The position numbers and the translations under genes were made by a program. From positions 2,208,001 to 2,272,000 of the forward strand of contig CAXXWQ010000004.1 of the NCBI GenBank assembly GCA_963674945.2: 64,000 nt of DNA. Reading direction: 5' to 3'. The stretch is from an uncultured Desulfosarcina sp. (lineage in GTDB: Bacteria; Desulfobacterota; Desulfobacteria; Desulfobacterales; Desulfosarcinaceae). This document shows, piece after piece, positions 41,681 to 51,247 of this stretch (its first letter is position 1; every line of letters starts with the position of its first letter). Below the pieces are notes generated by a model, which saw nothing but the letters and a program-made list of their open reading frames with translations, ran no database searches and had not been told where the DNA came from.

Positions 41681-42000
41681 GGGTCGGGCCGCGCTAACCA
41701 ATTGACATTACGAAATTATTAGCTTAAAAAGAGGATCAAAATAAGCTTAATCCACTGTTTTTAGCCCCAAAAACAAGCGTTTAAGGAAATCACTACGAAA
41801 TGGCTCGGGCTAAGAGGCACTATATTCCAGGTCACGTCTGGCATATTACCCATAGATCCTGGTAACACGTACTTATGGGATCAATGAAAAAATACCTTAA
41901 CCTGCTGTTTTTCACCATAAAAAGGGTTGATTTAGAACATTCTGGGACCTAATATTTGCCTCTTTTCTCTATATTACAGTGGGTTCCTGCGGCCCGCCCC
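41681..42000 (+). mobile_element. Internally deleted Y1/RAYT-type (IS200-like) transposase remnant with terminal inverted repeats
   Basis: Mini-ORF 41800-41865 MARAKRHYIPGHVWHITHRSW resembles a Y1 transposase N-terminus; 28-bp imperfect IRs (20/28) at 41681-41708 and 41973-42000. Confidence 0.65.
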
Positions 42001-42037
42001 CCCTTTTTTTATTTCTTGCTTCTTATCCATATTTTCA

Positions 42038-42066
42038 TATTCGTGTGATTCGTGCCATTCGTGGTT
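42038..42066. repeat. Short tandem 9-mer repeat ATTCGTGNN x3
   Basis: ATTCGTGTG ATTCGTGCC ATTCGTGGT just downstream of the CMD stop. Confidence 0.6.
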
Positions 42067-42076
42067 AAATAATGAA

Positions 42077-42412
42077 TTAAAGCATTCCTTTTTCTTTGAG
42101 ATACTCAAATAGCATTGAGATCTGAGAGCCGGCCAAAGTACCACCTAAGGATAGGGAAACAGAGCAAACTTCCAAGATCTCTTCAGTCGTTGCGCCGTTA
42201 TTAATCGCATGATCTGCCTGCCCTAAAATACAACCTTTGCATCCTGCTATAATTCCTCCACAAAGGGCTATCAACCTTTTTGTCTTGGAATCTAGAGCGC
42301 CATTACTGTAGACGGCTTCATAGTGGTCCTTAAATTTGTGATTGGTTCCAGGAAGATTTAGTAGTTCATTGAAAATTGTCCTGATCCCTTCAAGTTCTTT
42401 GGTTTTGTCCAT
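42077..42412 (-). CDS. Carboxymuconolactone decarboxylase/AhpD-family protein (cassette gene)
   Basis: GALDSKTKRLIAL, CKGC (CxxC), GATTEEILE; ATG 28 bp after the attC core GTTGGAC. Confidence 0.85.
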   Translation of the reverse strand: MDKTKELEGIRTIFNELLNLPGTNHKFKDHYEAVYSNGALDSKTKRLIALCGGIIAGCKGCILGQADHAINNGATTEEILEVCSVSLSLGGTLAGSQISMLFEYLKEKGML

Positions 42413-42440
42413 AGTTCTGTTCCTTTTTATCTTTTCAAAA

Positions 42441-42502
42441 GTCCAACGCAGAGCTGTGGGGCGGCATGGTCCTCGCTGTCCCACACCATCGTGTTGTTAG
42501 CC
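42441..42502 (-). other. Integron attC site (62 bp)
   Basis: Minus strand GGCTAAC-AACAC-GATGGTGTGGGACAGC...GCCGCCCCACAGC-TCTGC-GTTGGAC; stop codon of the upstream gene lies in the inverse core. Confidence 0.8.
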
Positions 42503-42643
42503 ATTCTCGTAATTAAAATTCTCTGTCAAGCCAATTAGATGGTCAATAAACATTGTCGCATCACTATAGGCTGTATCCCCGTCAGTGCCTTGATGCTCTG
42601 GATCATGACCGATATCAATATACATCCAAAAATTATCAAGTTT

Positions 42644-44049
42644 CATTGCTGTCCAAAATAATCAGAAACCCGCAACTGCTCTTTGATATTTCAACGTGTT
42701 AGGCGAGAAATCCGCCTAACTTCAGAATCAGGTTGCCTCTTTCAGTTGGTGCTGTCCAATTCCCTTAAACGGAAGAGGATATTGGACAGACTGAGTCGTT
42801 CCGGGAAGGACATCAAATGGCTTGTCGATCCATTCCCATAAATCCCTGTAAGTAAAAAGATTCCATCTGAGAAAAGCAACCAGATTTGACAACGACCAAT
42901 TGAATCGGGACTTAAACTTCAGGTACTTGATTAGCAGCATGGCAATTAATGCTGTCCAAATCTGGATATACAGCGCATTCTCGCTGGTTCCAACAAAGGT
43001 TTTCACCTTCAGATTCTGTTTGAGTGCCTTGAAGAACAATTCTATTTGCCATCGATCTTTGTAAATGGCGGATATTGTGGTGGCCCCAAATTCCAGATGA
43101 TTGGTCAGCAATACGATTTCACGATCCTGTTCTTTATCCCAAACGGTTACCTTTCGTAGCGTGTGGGGACAATTCTTACGAGCGTAGTGACCGTTGAACT
43201 GGATCAATTCGTCGGACAGGATGTTTCTATTGAAAGGGACCTGTCGTTGTTCAATCACCGTGTAATCGGCATTGTCCTTTAAACGGGTGACAAAATAGAT
43301 CTGATTTTCCGTCCAGTAGGCAAATAGCCGATAATCATTATACCCCCGATCCATGGCGACGATCGATTGGGGTGACAGAGGAATCTTACGGGCAATGGTG
43401 ACATCATGCTTTTTGCCGTTGGAGATATAAGCATAGGTCGGCAGATACCCGTCATGATCCAATAGCAAGTGAAGTTTAACGGCCCCCTTGGTCTGGCGGA
43501 ATTTTGCCCACGGAAAAAGCGACAAACACAGCGAAATGGTTGAACTGTCCAGCGACAGCAACTTATTTTTAAATCGGAACCGATGTTTGCCTGGACCTGT
43601 CATCTTGCACACATCAAGTGTCTGGTAAAAAAGGTCGCGATACATTTGCCAGGGCCGATGGGCATTGGCATAGGACAACGTGGATTTGTTCGGCGCCTTT
43701 TTCACCCCAAGGTGACGGAGTTTGCCAAGGCAACAGGATAATCCGCCACAAATTTCACGCAGACTCTTGGCTTGAGCCAGTTGACAAAAAAGCATGGCTA
43801 CAAAATGGTCCCAACTGCTGAAGCCTTTTGCGTAACGTTCAGCTTGATGACGAAAAACCAGATTGAAAAATTGACCTCGATGAAACAAAGCAACCAGTTG
43901 ACTGAACAAGCTTGCATGGCGTACCATCTGTCTGCCTCCTTTGTTTGGCTAACGGTTTCTTTTGGCGATTAAACCATGCCTTACAAGGAGGCTTTTTTTC
44001 AAGTGCTTATCGAATTACTTCTGTTCAAATCGGTTCTTGGACAAGAGTG
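42644..44049 (-). mobile_element. IS4-family insertion sequence, 1406 bp
   Basis: IRs CATTGCTGTCCAAAA vs CACTCTTGTCCAAGA (11/15); exact 9-bp TSD ATCAAGTTT at 42635-42643 and 44050-44058. Confidence 0.93.
42728..43927 (-). CDS. IS4-family DDE transposase (DUF4372-like N-terminus)
   Basis: LDSSTI, MDRGY, YKDRWQIELFFK (YREK signature); intact 399 aa. Confidence 0.95.
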   Translation of the reverse strand: MVRHASLFSQLVALFHRGQFFNLVFRHQAERYAKGFSSWDHFVAMLFCQLAQAKSLREICGGLSCCLGKLRHLGVKKAPNKSTLSYANAHRPWQMYRDLFYQTLDVCKMTGPGKHRFRFKNKLLSLDSSTISLCLSLFPWAKFRQTKGAVKLHLLLDHDGYLPTYAYISNGKKHDVTIARKIPLSPQSIVAMDRGYNDYRLFAYWTENQIYFVTRLKDNADYTVIEQRQVPFNRNILSDELIQFNGHYARKNCPHTLRKVTVWDKEQDREIVLLTNHLEFGATTISAIYKDRWQIELFFKALKQNLKVKTFVGTSENALYIQIWTALIAMLLIKYLKFKSRFNWSLSNLVAFLRWNLFTYRDLWEWIDKPFDVLPGTTQSVQYPLPFKGIGQHQLKEAT

Positions 44050-44477
44050 ATCAAGTTTAAAAACCAAATCACGAGCCTTTTTTACGATTTCAATCAGTTC
44101 TGAGAATTCTTCGTTTACCAGAACTGTCGGAAGATCATGAGCAATTTTATTTCTCATATCCCTCATTGTAATAATCTGATCGACGTCATCCGAAGTTATC
44201 GCTTCGTAATGCTCGGCTAAGTATTTGGCACTTGCTATTAAAGGGTTATTGTGACGTACAAGAACATCTTTTTCGTAATCATCTGAATATTTATCACCAC
44301 CATATCCAAATCCTATCAAAAATTCAAATTTAGTCCTCGGTAAAACCATTGATTTTATAATTTCATACGAAGATAAAATTATACTTGTTGCCAAAAGCTT
44401 TAATCTAAGCTCATGAGGATTTTCTGAATTTAGTGGTTTAGTATGTCGATTTCCAACCATTATTCTCTTTTACTGCT

Positions 44478-44496
44478 GGCTAACCAATAATTAGAT
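44478..44496 (-). other. attI-like recombination site at the head of the cassette array
   Basis: Minus strand ATCTAATTATTGGTTAGCC: CTAA-6 nt-GTTAG geometry as in attI1; GTTAGCC is the exact complement of GGCTAAC in the 42441-42502 attC; no attC hairpin upstream. Confidence 0.6.
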
Positions 44497-44798
44497 AATT
44501 TCGGTACAACTCCAAACATGAATGCTATACAGAAAGCAGACAATTACCATTTAAGTGGAATCATGGTCGTGGAGCATTGAAAAACCACTTTTTCCGCCTC
44601 CGTTCAAAATGACCGAAATGAGCAAATTCATCTTGGGGAGCAGATGAGGATCTATGAGCGGTACATTGGAATTAAAGAAAAATTTCGTGGATATTTCAAG
44701 AAAAAACAACGAATTCGCTTTAGAAGGATTAGTTCTCCTTTTGCCGCCGTTTCTTTTCCAAATTTGTATCCAACTGCGGGCAAAAGGAAGAACGGGTT

Positions 44799-45551
44799 TT
44801 ACGAATTCGGCTGTTCGGCCGTACCCGGATCCTGGAAAAGATTTTTACGATCCAGATGGTACAAGGTGGCCCCAACGGGTGCGAAGCTGAGAAAAAGCAG
44901 GTTCGCGATGGGAATGAGAAACAGAAGCCCGAATCCCAGGTGGAAGGGGAGGGACTTGACCAGGGTCGAAAAGCGTTCTTTGAATGGCGCAAGGTTCCGG
45001 GCCGGGATGAGATCGGTGTTGTCCCAGGCCAGAAAGATCACCGCCACCAACGGGCCGACGACGGTGAGTACCGGCCCCAGCGGCGTGAGCCAACCCAGAA
45101 CCATGATAAAAAGTGTTAAAATGACAGGGATGATGTTGCGGGGCACTTCCTGACGCAGCAAGAATCCCATCTGGGACAAGATCGAAACCGTCGGTGATGA
45201 GGCCTGTTCGCCGGTGATCAATCGTTCTGTAACACGGGACATGAGATCCATGACGAATACGGCGAAAAGGACTTGGGACAACAGGTAGGCGATAATGGCG
45301 GCTATGCCGATGAGCAGAAGGGAAAGAAGCCAGCTGAGCAGGTGCCAGGCCCAGGCAATCCAGGCGCTTTCGGGCTGGTGCCAAAGCAGCGCTAATATTT
45401 CTCCATGATAGGCCAGCACCAATCCGGCCACACCCAAAGTAAAAATCGCCGTCACGGCAAAGCGCAAGAAACCCAAAAACAGCAAACGGGGAGTGCGAAG
45501 ACTCAGCCAAAGTCCCCTGAGATTGTAAACGATTCCGGACACGAGGCTCAT
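44799..45551 (-). CDS. EI24/CysZ-like membrane protein
   Basis: Multi-TM; MDLMSRVTE, LAWDNTD, IPIANLLFLSFAPVGATL pattern. Confidence 0.75.
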   Translation of the reverse strand: MSLVSGIVYNLRGLWLSLRTPRLLFLGFLRFAVTAIFTLGVAGLVLAYHGEILALLWHQPESAWIAWAWHLLSWLLSLLLIGIAAIIAYLLSQVLFAVFVMDLMSRVTERLITGEQASSPTVSILSQMGFLLRQEVPRNIIPVILTLFIMVLGWLTPLGPVLTVVGPLVAVIFLAWDNTDLIPARNLAPFKERFSTLVKSLPFHLGFGLLFLIPIANLLFLSFAPVGATLYHLDRKNLFQDPGTAEQPNS

Positions 45552-45603
45552 CTATTCCTCCTTTGCATGCTGATTACGAAAGGCAAACCGCTCACCGCAG
45601 GAG

Positions 45604-46596
45604 CTATCCCTGCTGAAAAGCGACAACCTCGGAGGCATGGGTAAGATATACTTCCTGTTTCAACTCCGGCAGCATCTCTTTCAACACCTTGAGGGTAACC
45701 GCATGGGGGTGGGCGATACCGATGGCGTATCCCTGGCGGCGGGCACGCTTAATCAACTGTTTAATCTGATTGCGAATAAATTCGGAACGCTGTTCGTGGT
45801 CGATGAACACGTCCCGTTCTGCAAAGGGAAGCTGAAGAAGCTGGGCCGACGGTGCGCACAGTGTCCGGGTCGATGTTCGGCTGTCCACGAAAAACAGATT
45901 CCGTTTCTTCAATGTGGTGAAAATCTGGCGCATCTGCGCAGAAGAGGCTGTGAGCTTTGACCCCATGTGATTGTTGACACCCTTGACACCGGGAATGCTG
46001 TCGAGGTTTTCATTGAGCTGTGCAATGAGGGTGTCCGGATCCATGGAAGTAAGCAAGGCACCCGGTCCCGGATCCACTGCAGGAAAACCGTCCGGCTCCA
46101 TGGGCAGATGGAGCATAATCTCCACGTCCTTTTCTAAAGCCCGGTCGATAATCTTGTGGTTAAAGGTCCCATTGGGCAAAACCGAAAAGGTGAGGGGGAT
46201 GTCCAGGGCCAAGAACCCCTCGGCCATTTCGTAATCGTAGCCAATATCGTCGATGATGATGGCCACGGGAATACCATTGGTGATCGGCTTTACCCGTGTG
46301 ATCGGTTTGGGTGGTACAATATTCTCCCGGTGAAAGGCCTCATACTCCGGAACACGATGGTGGACCGGATGGGAGTCCTGCCGGGTGACGGGTCTGGATG
46401 GCGGTGGCTTGGGCTTCGTTTTCTCCGGTGGAGAGGACCGGGTAACCAGAAAGTTCGTCAGGAGTCCTGCCGTCACCAACAGACAAACCAGGATGGTCAC
46501 CCCGGCTACGATCTTCATGAACTGGCGCTTTAGACTTTCTTTGGCTTTCTTCGATTTTTTTCGTGCCCTGGGTTTCGCCGATCCCTTCTTAGCCAT
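45604..46596 (-). CDS. Divergent polysaccharide deacetylase (YibQ-like)
   Basis: AIIIDDIG, LHLPMEP, NNHMGS, FVDSRT, RDVFID, IAHP; N-terminal TM. Confidence 0.92.
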   Translation of the reverse strand: MAKKGSAKPRARKKSKKAKESLKRQFMKIVAGVTILVCLLVTAGLLTNFLVTRSSPPEKTKPKPPPSRPVTRQDSHPVHHRVPEYEAFHRENIVPPKPITRVKPITNGIPVAIIIDDIGYDYEMAEGFLALDIPLTFSVLPNGTFNHKIIDRALEKDVEIMLHLPMEPDGFPAVDPGPGALLTSMDPDTLIAQLNENLDSIPGVKGVNNHMGSKLTASSAQMRQIFTTLKKRNLFFVDSRTSTRTLCAPSAQLLQLPFAERDVFIDHEQRSEFIRNQIKQLIKRARRQGYAIGIAHPHAVTLKVLKEMLPELKQEVYLTHASEVVAFQQG

Positions 46597-47959
46597 TTTT
46601 CAATTCTTTGAAAATATCGTAACTGACCAGAATGTCCAAGGCACGCAAAACCTGATTGTCGCTTAAGAGGGATTCCCGGTCCAGGGGACTGTGTCTTGAT
46701 TTATACTGTTTGAGTGCCGGCGGTTCTTCAACGGCGTCTGTCTCGGGTTGGTCTGAATCGGCGGTCGTATCTTCCCCTGCTTCGGGTTCCGCATCCAGGT
46801 GGTTTTTCAAGTCCTTTTCCTTGATCATCCGTCGATCTGCATCTTTCGTTTCTTCAATAACCCGATGTTGCACCTCCACGTCAGGTTCGACGCCTTTGGC
46901 CTGGATGGACCGACCCGATGGGGTATAGTAGCGGGCGATGGTATATTTGAGTCCATACCCATCCCGCAGCGTCTCTATGGTTTGAACAGACCCCTTGCCA
47001 AAGGATGTTGTCCCCAGGATAAGCGCCCGTTTATGATCCTGGAGGGCGCCGGCAACGATCTCGGATGCACTGGCACTGCCGCCGTTGATCAAAACCACGA
47101 TGGGATAATCTCGCTGTATGTCATTGGCATGGGCCTTGAAAACTTTCGTGGTTTTTCCCCCCCGCCCCTTGATGCTGAGAATCTCGCCCGACTCCAGGAA
47201 AAGATCGGATACCTCGATGGCCTGATTGAGGATGCCGCCGGGGTTGTCCCGGAGATCCAGAATGAGCCCTTTCATGGGGGTCTCGCCGGAATCCATGGCG
47301 GCGAGGGCTTCGATCAGGTCTCCCGTTGTGTTCTCCCGGAAATTGGTGACCCAGACGTATCCGTATCCAGGCTTGATTATGTCTGCCTTGACGCTATAGA
47401 TGGGGATCACGTCTCGTATCAACTCGAAGTCGAGCGGTTCCGTCTCGCCCTTGCGCAAAATCGTGATCTTTACCTTCGTTCCCTTGGGGCCGCGCATTCT
47501 TTTGACGGCATCCCTCAAATCCTCGGTGGGTTTATCGTCTACCTTAATGATCCGGTCCCCGGCTTTGATGCCGGCCCGGTAAGCCGGCGTCCCTTCGATG
47601 GGGGAGATCACCGTCACCAGATTGTCCCGCATGGTGATATGAATACCGATACCGGTGAATTCCCCATGGGTGTCGATCTGAAGCTCTTTGAGGGCATCGG
47701 GAGGAAGCAGTGTGGAGTGAGGATCCAGACTGTGAACCATTCCCTGGATGGCAGCCTCGATCATCTTTTTCTGATCCACCTCATCCACATAATTCTTCTG
47801 CACCAGCTCAATGACGTCAGTAAAAAGCGTCAATCCTTCGTACGACTCTTCAATATTGGCAGACAGATCCCGGTAAAAGCCGTGCCCGAGTATCAATGCG
47901 GCTGCCACGAGCACCATTGCCACACCCAGTTTCAGGTGTCGGGTTTTTCTGACGGTCAT
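46589..47959 (-). CDS. ctpA: S41 carboxyl-terminal processing protease with PDZ domain
   Basis: LDPHS, GIGI, DLRDNPGG, SASASEI, SFGKGSVQ, YYTPSG. Confidence 0.93.
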   Translation of the reverse strand: MTVRKTRHLKLGVAMVLVAAALILGHGFYRDLSANIEESYEGLTLFTDVIELVQKNYVDEVDQKKMIEAAIQGMVHSLDPHSTLLPPDALKELQIDTHGEFTGIGIHITMRDNLVTVISPIEGTPAYRAGIKAGDRIIKVDDKPTEDLRDAVKRMRGPKGTKVKITILRKGETEPLDFELIRDVIPIYSVKADIIKPGYGYVWVTNFRENTTGDLIEALAAMDSGETPMKGLILDLRDNPGGILNQAIEVSDLFLESGEILSIKGRGGKTTKVFKAHANDIQRDYPIVVLINGGSASASEIVAGALQDHKRALILGTTSFGKGSVQTIETLRDGYGLKYTIARYYTPSGRSIQAKGVEPDVEVQHRVIEETKDADRRMIKEKDLKNHLDAEPEAGEDTTADSDQPETDAVEEPPALKQYKSRHSPLDRESLLSDNQVLRALDILVSYDIFKELKNG

Positions 47960-47970
47960 GTAAATTTCCC

Positions 47971-49401
47971 CTATCCTTTCTTGATCCAATGCAGTGGATT
48001 CATCGGCTTACCGCGGTAACGAACTTCAAAATGAAGACCCGCCCCGATCAGTGAGCCTGTATCGCCAACGGTGGCGATGACCTCACCGGTTTCTACCGGA
48101 TCTCCCTTGGACTTGAATTGTTCTTCCAAATGGGCATAGACGGTGTAGTAATGGTCTCCATGATCGATGATCATCATGTTTCCGAAGCCCTTGAACCAGG
48201 AAGAAAACAACGTCTGTCCGCCATAAACGGCACGAACAGGCTCCCCCCTGTCCGCCTTTATCGCAATACCACTTTGAAATCGGGTAACGTTTAATCGTTC
48301 ATCATTAAATTGCCCGAAAAAAGAAATTATTTTACCGTTCACCGGCATCATAAGCAAGCCCTTAAGCGAGGCAAACGGTTTTTCCCGAATCTCCATCTGA
48401 GGCAAGGTCTCTGTTGATGCGCTTTTTTCTCCAAGCGCCACCATTTTTCGATCCAGTTCCCTGGTCGAGGCTTCCAAGGATGCAATGGCGGCCAGCTGTA
48501 AGGATTTCTTGCTGCGAATTTCGGCAAGCAGTGCCTCCCGTTTGGCCTGCCGGCGATTCATGGTACCGATACGGTCGTCCAGTTTCGCCTTCGTAACCTG
48601 TTTCTCTTTCTTTTGGGTTCCCAGTTGTGCCAAGAGTGCTTGCATCCGGGACCGGTCCCTCTCCAATTGGGCCATTACAACCTCGTCCTGTGCCAAAATC
48701 CGTTCCATGGCCCGCTTGTTGATCAAAAAATCGAACATGGATTGTGCGGACGCCAAAATATGGAACCGTCCCAACCAGTTGAGTTTGTAAAGGGCGGTCA
48801 GTCGACCCGCTACATACTCCTCATTGACCCTGGCACGGGTTTCGATTTGTTCGTATTGATCTTCCAACCGCTTTATCCGCTTTGCAATTGCCTTCAACTC
48901 ATCTGTGAGGATGGTAACCTTCCGACGGGCATCGGTCAACGCTCTTTCCGTTTCATCCAGTGCCTTGATTACGTCCGTCTCGTTTTTTACAAAAACGTCC
49001 AGCTTCTTTTGATGAACCACAATTTTCTGATTAATAGTATCGGTCGAAGTTGCCTTTTCTTCAGTTGCAGGCTCTTTCTGCGGGGAGGAATCCACCGGAT
49101 CGTCGATACGCAGAAAGGATTCCCGGTTCATGACAAATCCCGTTTGGTCTCCGTGCAGAATCCGAACCCACTCACCCTCGTAGGAAAGCACCAGCACGCG
49201 GGTGCCTTTGTGCAAGGTGGCGATAACCGCATTGTGTCGTCCGGGGCCGGCACGCATGTTGAGGACCCGTGCGAGGACCGTCGCCGGTTGTTGAATGTTC
49301 GCTCCCAGCGGCGGACCGGGAAAAAGCCCTGCGAGGAGTATCGACAATCCCAGCCATGGGAAAAATTTTCTTGCATCGCTTGATAAGGGAAAGACGTACA
49401 T
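47971..49401 (-). CDS. envC: EnvC-like murein hydrolase activator (SH3b + coiled coil + degenerate M23)
   Basis: LNMRAGPG SH3b, long coiled coil, YTVYAHL, GLHFEVR; FQSGIAI replaces the HxxxD zinc motif; follows ftsX; start uncertain. Confidence 0.8.
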   Translation of the reverse strand: MYVFPLSSDARKFFPWLGLSILLAGLFPGPPLGANIQQPATVLARVLNMRAGPGRHNAVIATLHKGTRVLVLSYEGEWVRILHGDQTGFVMNRESFLRIDDPVDSSPQKEPATEEKATSTDTINQKIVVHQKKLDVFVKNETDVIKALDETERALTDARRKVTILTDELKAIAKRIKRLEDQYEQIETRARVNEEYVAGRLTALYKLNWLGRFHILASAQSMFDFLINKRAMERILAQDEVVMAQLERDRSRMQALLAQLGTQKKEKQVTKAKLDDRIGTMNRRQAKREALLAEIRSKKSLQLAAIASLEASTRELDRKMVALGEKSASTETLPQMEIREKPFASLKGLLMMPVNGKIISFFGQFNDERLNVTRFQSGIAIKADRGEPVRAVYGGQTLFSSWFKGFGNMMIIDHGDHYYTVYAHLEEQFKSKGDPVETGEVIATVGDTGSLIGAGLHFEVRYRGKPMNPLHWIKKG

Positions 49402-49408
49402 CCGGTTT

Positions 49409-50323
49409 CTACCCCAACGCACCATCATTTTTTTTCAAAAATTGCCGTAGGGAAAAAAAACAACCCAAAAGTCCCGTTATTATACCACATCCGATGATTG
49501 CGGCACAGATCTTCGGTGGAAAGAAGCGAATGGTCATCACTTCGGCCGCCAGTGATTGCCCGAAATGGGATCCCAAGGCCGAAACCGCCCCATAAAGAAG
49601 ACCCAGCCCGACGACGCTGCCAAAAAGGCCATGAATCATTCCCTCCAGAAAAAAAGGATTCCTGATAAAACTGTCAGTGGCTCCGACCAGACGCATGATC
49701 TGGATCTCTTCCCTTCTGGCGTAGAGCATCAAACGGATGGTGTTGGCGGTGATGAACACGGTGGCCATAAAGAACATGGTTCCCATACCGTATCCGACCA
49801 GCTTGAACAGGTTGAAAAAGGATCCGAACCGTTCGATCCACTGCTGTCCGTACTCCACCTCCGCGACCGATGTCAGGCTTTCGATGCGCCGGGACAAGAA
49901 TTCGATTTTTTCCGGTGCATCGGTCTCCATGGCCAGGGTAACTTCGAAGGCGTCGGGCAAAGGATTATCTTTCAGGTTTTCCAACAAAGAACGCTGCCGA
50001 ACCATTTTTTTCTTCAATATCTCCAATGCCTGCTGTTTGGAAACGAAGCGAATTCGCCGAACACCGGAAATGGCCAAAAGGCGCTCTTCCGTCTCTTGGC
50101 GCTGGTCATCGGTGGTGTCCGGAGCCAGGTACACCATTAGGCGGATTCCTTTTTTCCATCTGTCGAACTGGTCCTGGGCGTTGAGGAAAAAGAGCCCGGA
50201 CGCACTGACAATGAAAACGGAGAGGGCGATGGTAACGACCGTCACCGCATTGAGAAAACGGTTATCGAGAATATCTTCGATTGCGCGCCTGAGGTAGAAG
50301 GTCATTTCATCATCAATCTTCAC
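49409..50323 (-). CDS. ftsX: Cell division permease FtsX
   Basis: NPLPD, ANTIRL, RREEIQIMRLVGAT, PFFLEG. Confidence 0.93.
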   Translation of the reverse strand: MKIDDEMTFYLRRAIEDILDNRFLNAVTVVTIALSVFIVSASGLFFLNAQDQFDRWKKGIRLMVYLAPDTTDDQRQETEERLLAISGVRRIRFVSKQQALEILKKKMVRQRSLLENLKDNPLPDAFEVTLAMETDAPEKIEFLSRRIESLTSVAEVEYGQQWIERFGSFFNLFKLVGYGMGTMFFMATVFITANTIRLMLYARREEIQIMRLVGATDSFIRNPFFLEGMIHGLFGSVVGLGLLYGAVSALGSHFGQSLAAEVMTIRFFPPKICAAIIGCGIITGLLGCFFSLRQFLKKNDGALG

Positions 50324-51009
50324 ATATCGGGTGGCGGATCCAGTTGTCCCCCATGGATTTTCACGACACGGCCAATGGCATTTTCGATGAGGTTCTTGTC
50401 GTGGGTCGCCACCACGATGGTCGCACCACGCCGGTGAAACCGGTGCAGAAGCTGGAAAATAATGGCGGCCGATTCATCGTCCAGGCTTCCGGTTGGTTCG
50501 TCGGCGAGGATGATCTTGGGGTCACCGGCCACGGCCCGCGCCACGGCAACGCGCTGCTGCTCACCACCGGACAGGCTGGGGGGATAGGCGGTCAGTCGGT
50601 CTTCCAGGTCCACCACCCGCAAAAGAGCCCGGACCTTTTTTTCGATGATCTTGCGTTTTTTCCCCTGCGTTTCCAGCACCAGGGCCAGATTCTGGTAAAC
50701 CGTCCGCGTGGGAATGAGCTTGTAATCTTGAAATATTATACCGAACTTACGACGAAGAAAAGGGACCCGATGGTGGGGAATTCGGGAAAGATTCATGCCG
50801 TCAACCAGGATCTGTCCCTGGGAGACCGGTTCGGCCAGGTAAAGGAGTTTGAGCAGCGTCGATTTTCCCGCACCACTGGGGCCGGTAATGAACAGAAATT
50901 CGTTTTTTTCGATATCCAGGGTTACATCCACCAATGCCTGCTTGACGCCGTATCGCTTATGGACGTGAAACATCCGAACGATGGCGCTCTTGTGGGCCGT
51001 TTGGCTCAT
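50320..51009 (-). CDS. ftsE: Cell division ATP-binding protein FtsE
   Basis: [29 protein letters not shown]; adjacent to ftsX. Confidence 0.93.
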   Translation of the reverse strand: MSQTAHKSAIVRMFHVHKRYGVKQALVDVTLDIEKNEFLFITGPSGAGKSTLLKLLYLAEPVSQGQILVDGMNLSRIPHHRVPFLRRKFGIIFQDYKLIPTRTVYQNLALVLETQGKKRKIIEKKVRALLRVVDLEDRLTAYPPSLSGGEQQRVAVARAVAGDPKIILADEPTGSLDDESAAIIFQLLHRFHRRGATIVVATHDKNLIENAIGRVVKIHGGQLDPPPDM

Positions 51010-51120
51010 TGATTCACGATGGTCTGGATCATGGGGTTTGTCATTGACCGGCCACCTCGCACCTGTTATGAATCGGACAATTCGGGCTTAAGGAGTGCTG
51101 TTCCCAGTTTTCCTTGCCAT

Positions 51121-51174
51121 AGCCTCCACTGAATCCCAATGACGGGCTTCTTCCAGTTCGGTGGAGGCTTTTTT
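51121..51174 (+). terminator. Terminator-like hairpin upstream of pyrE (possible attenuator)
   Basis: 13-bp stem AGCCTCCACTGAA/TTCGGTGGAGGCT followed by a T run, inside the divergent ftsE/pyrE gap. Confidence 0.45.
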
Positions 51175-51247
51175 ATCTGAAAAATCCCTTAAAATCAAGT
51201 ATTTCTTATAAATCCGGTCGTATGCCCGGTCGTATATAAGGATTGTC

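Larger units (their letters stand above)
42497..44460 (-). pseudogene. 182-aa HEPN-motif cassette gene interrupted by IS4 (segments 44460-44050 and 42634-42497)
   Basis: Removing the IS and one TSD restores an open frame ...DLVFKLD|NFWMYIDIGHDP...NYENG*; contains RNKIAH (Rx4H). Confidence 0.8.

Noticed and set aside
41692..41698. GTTAGCG (minus strand) as another attI/attC core
   Set aside because: Better explained as part of the left IR of the Y1/RAYT remnant; no cassette start follows it
44644..45153. ORF next to the attI-like site as the integron integrase
   Set aside because: No tyrosine recombinase R-H-R-Y motifs; mostly antisense to the EI24-like gene
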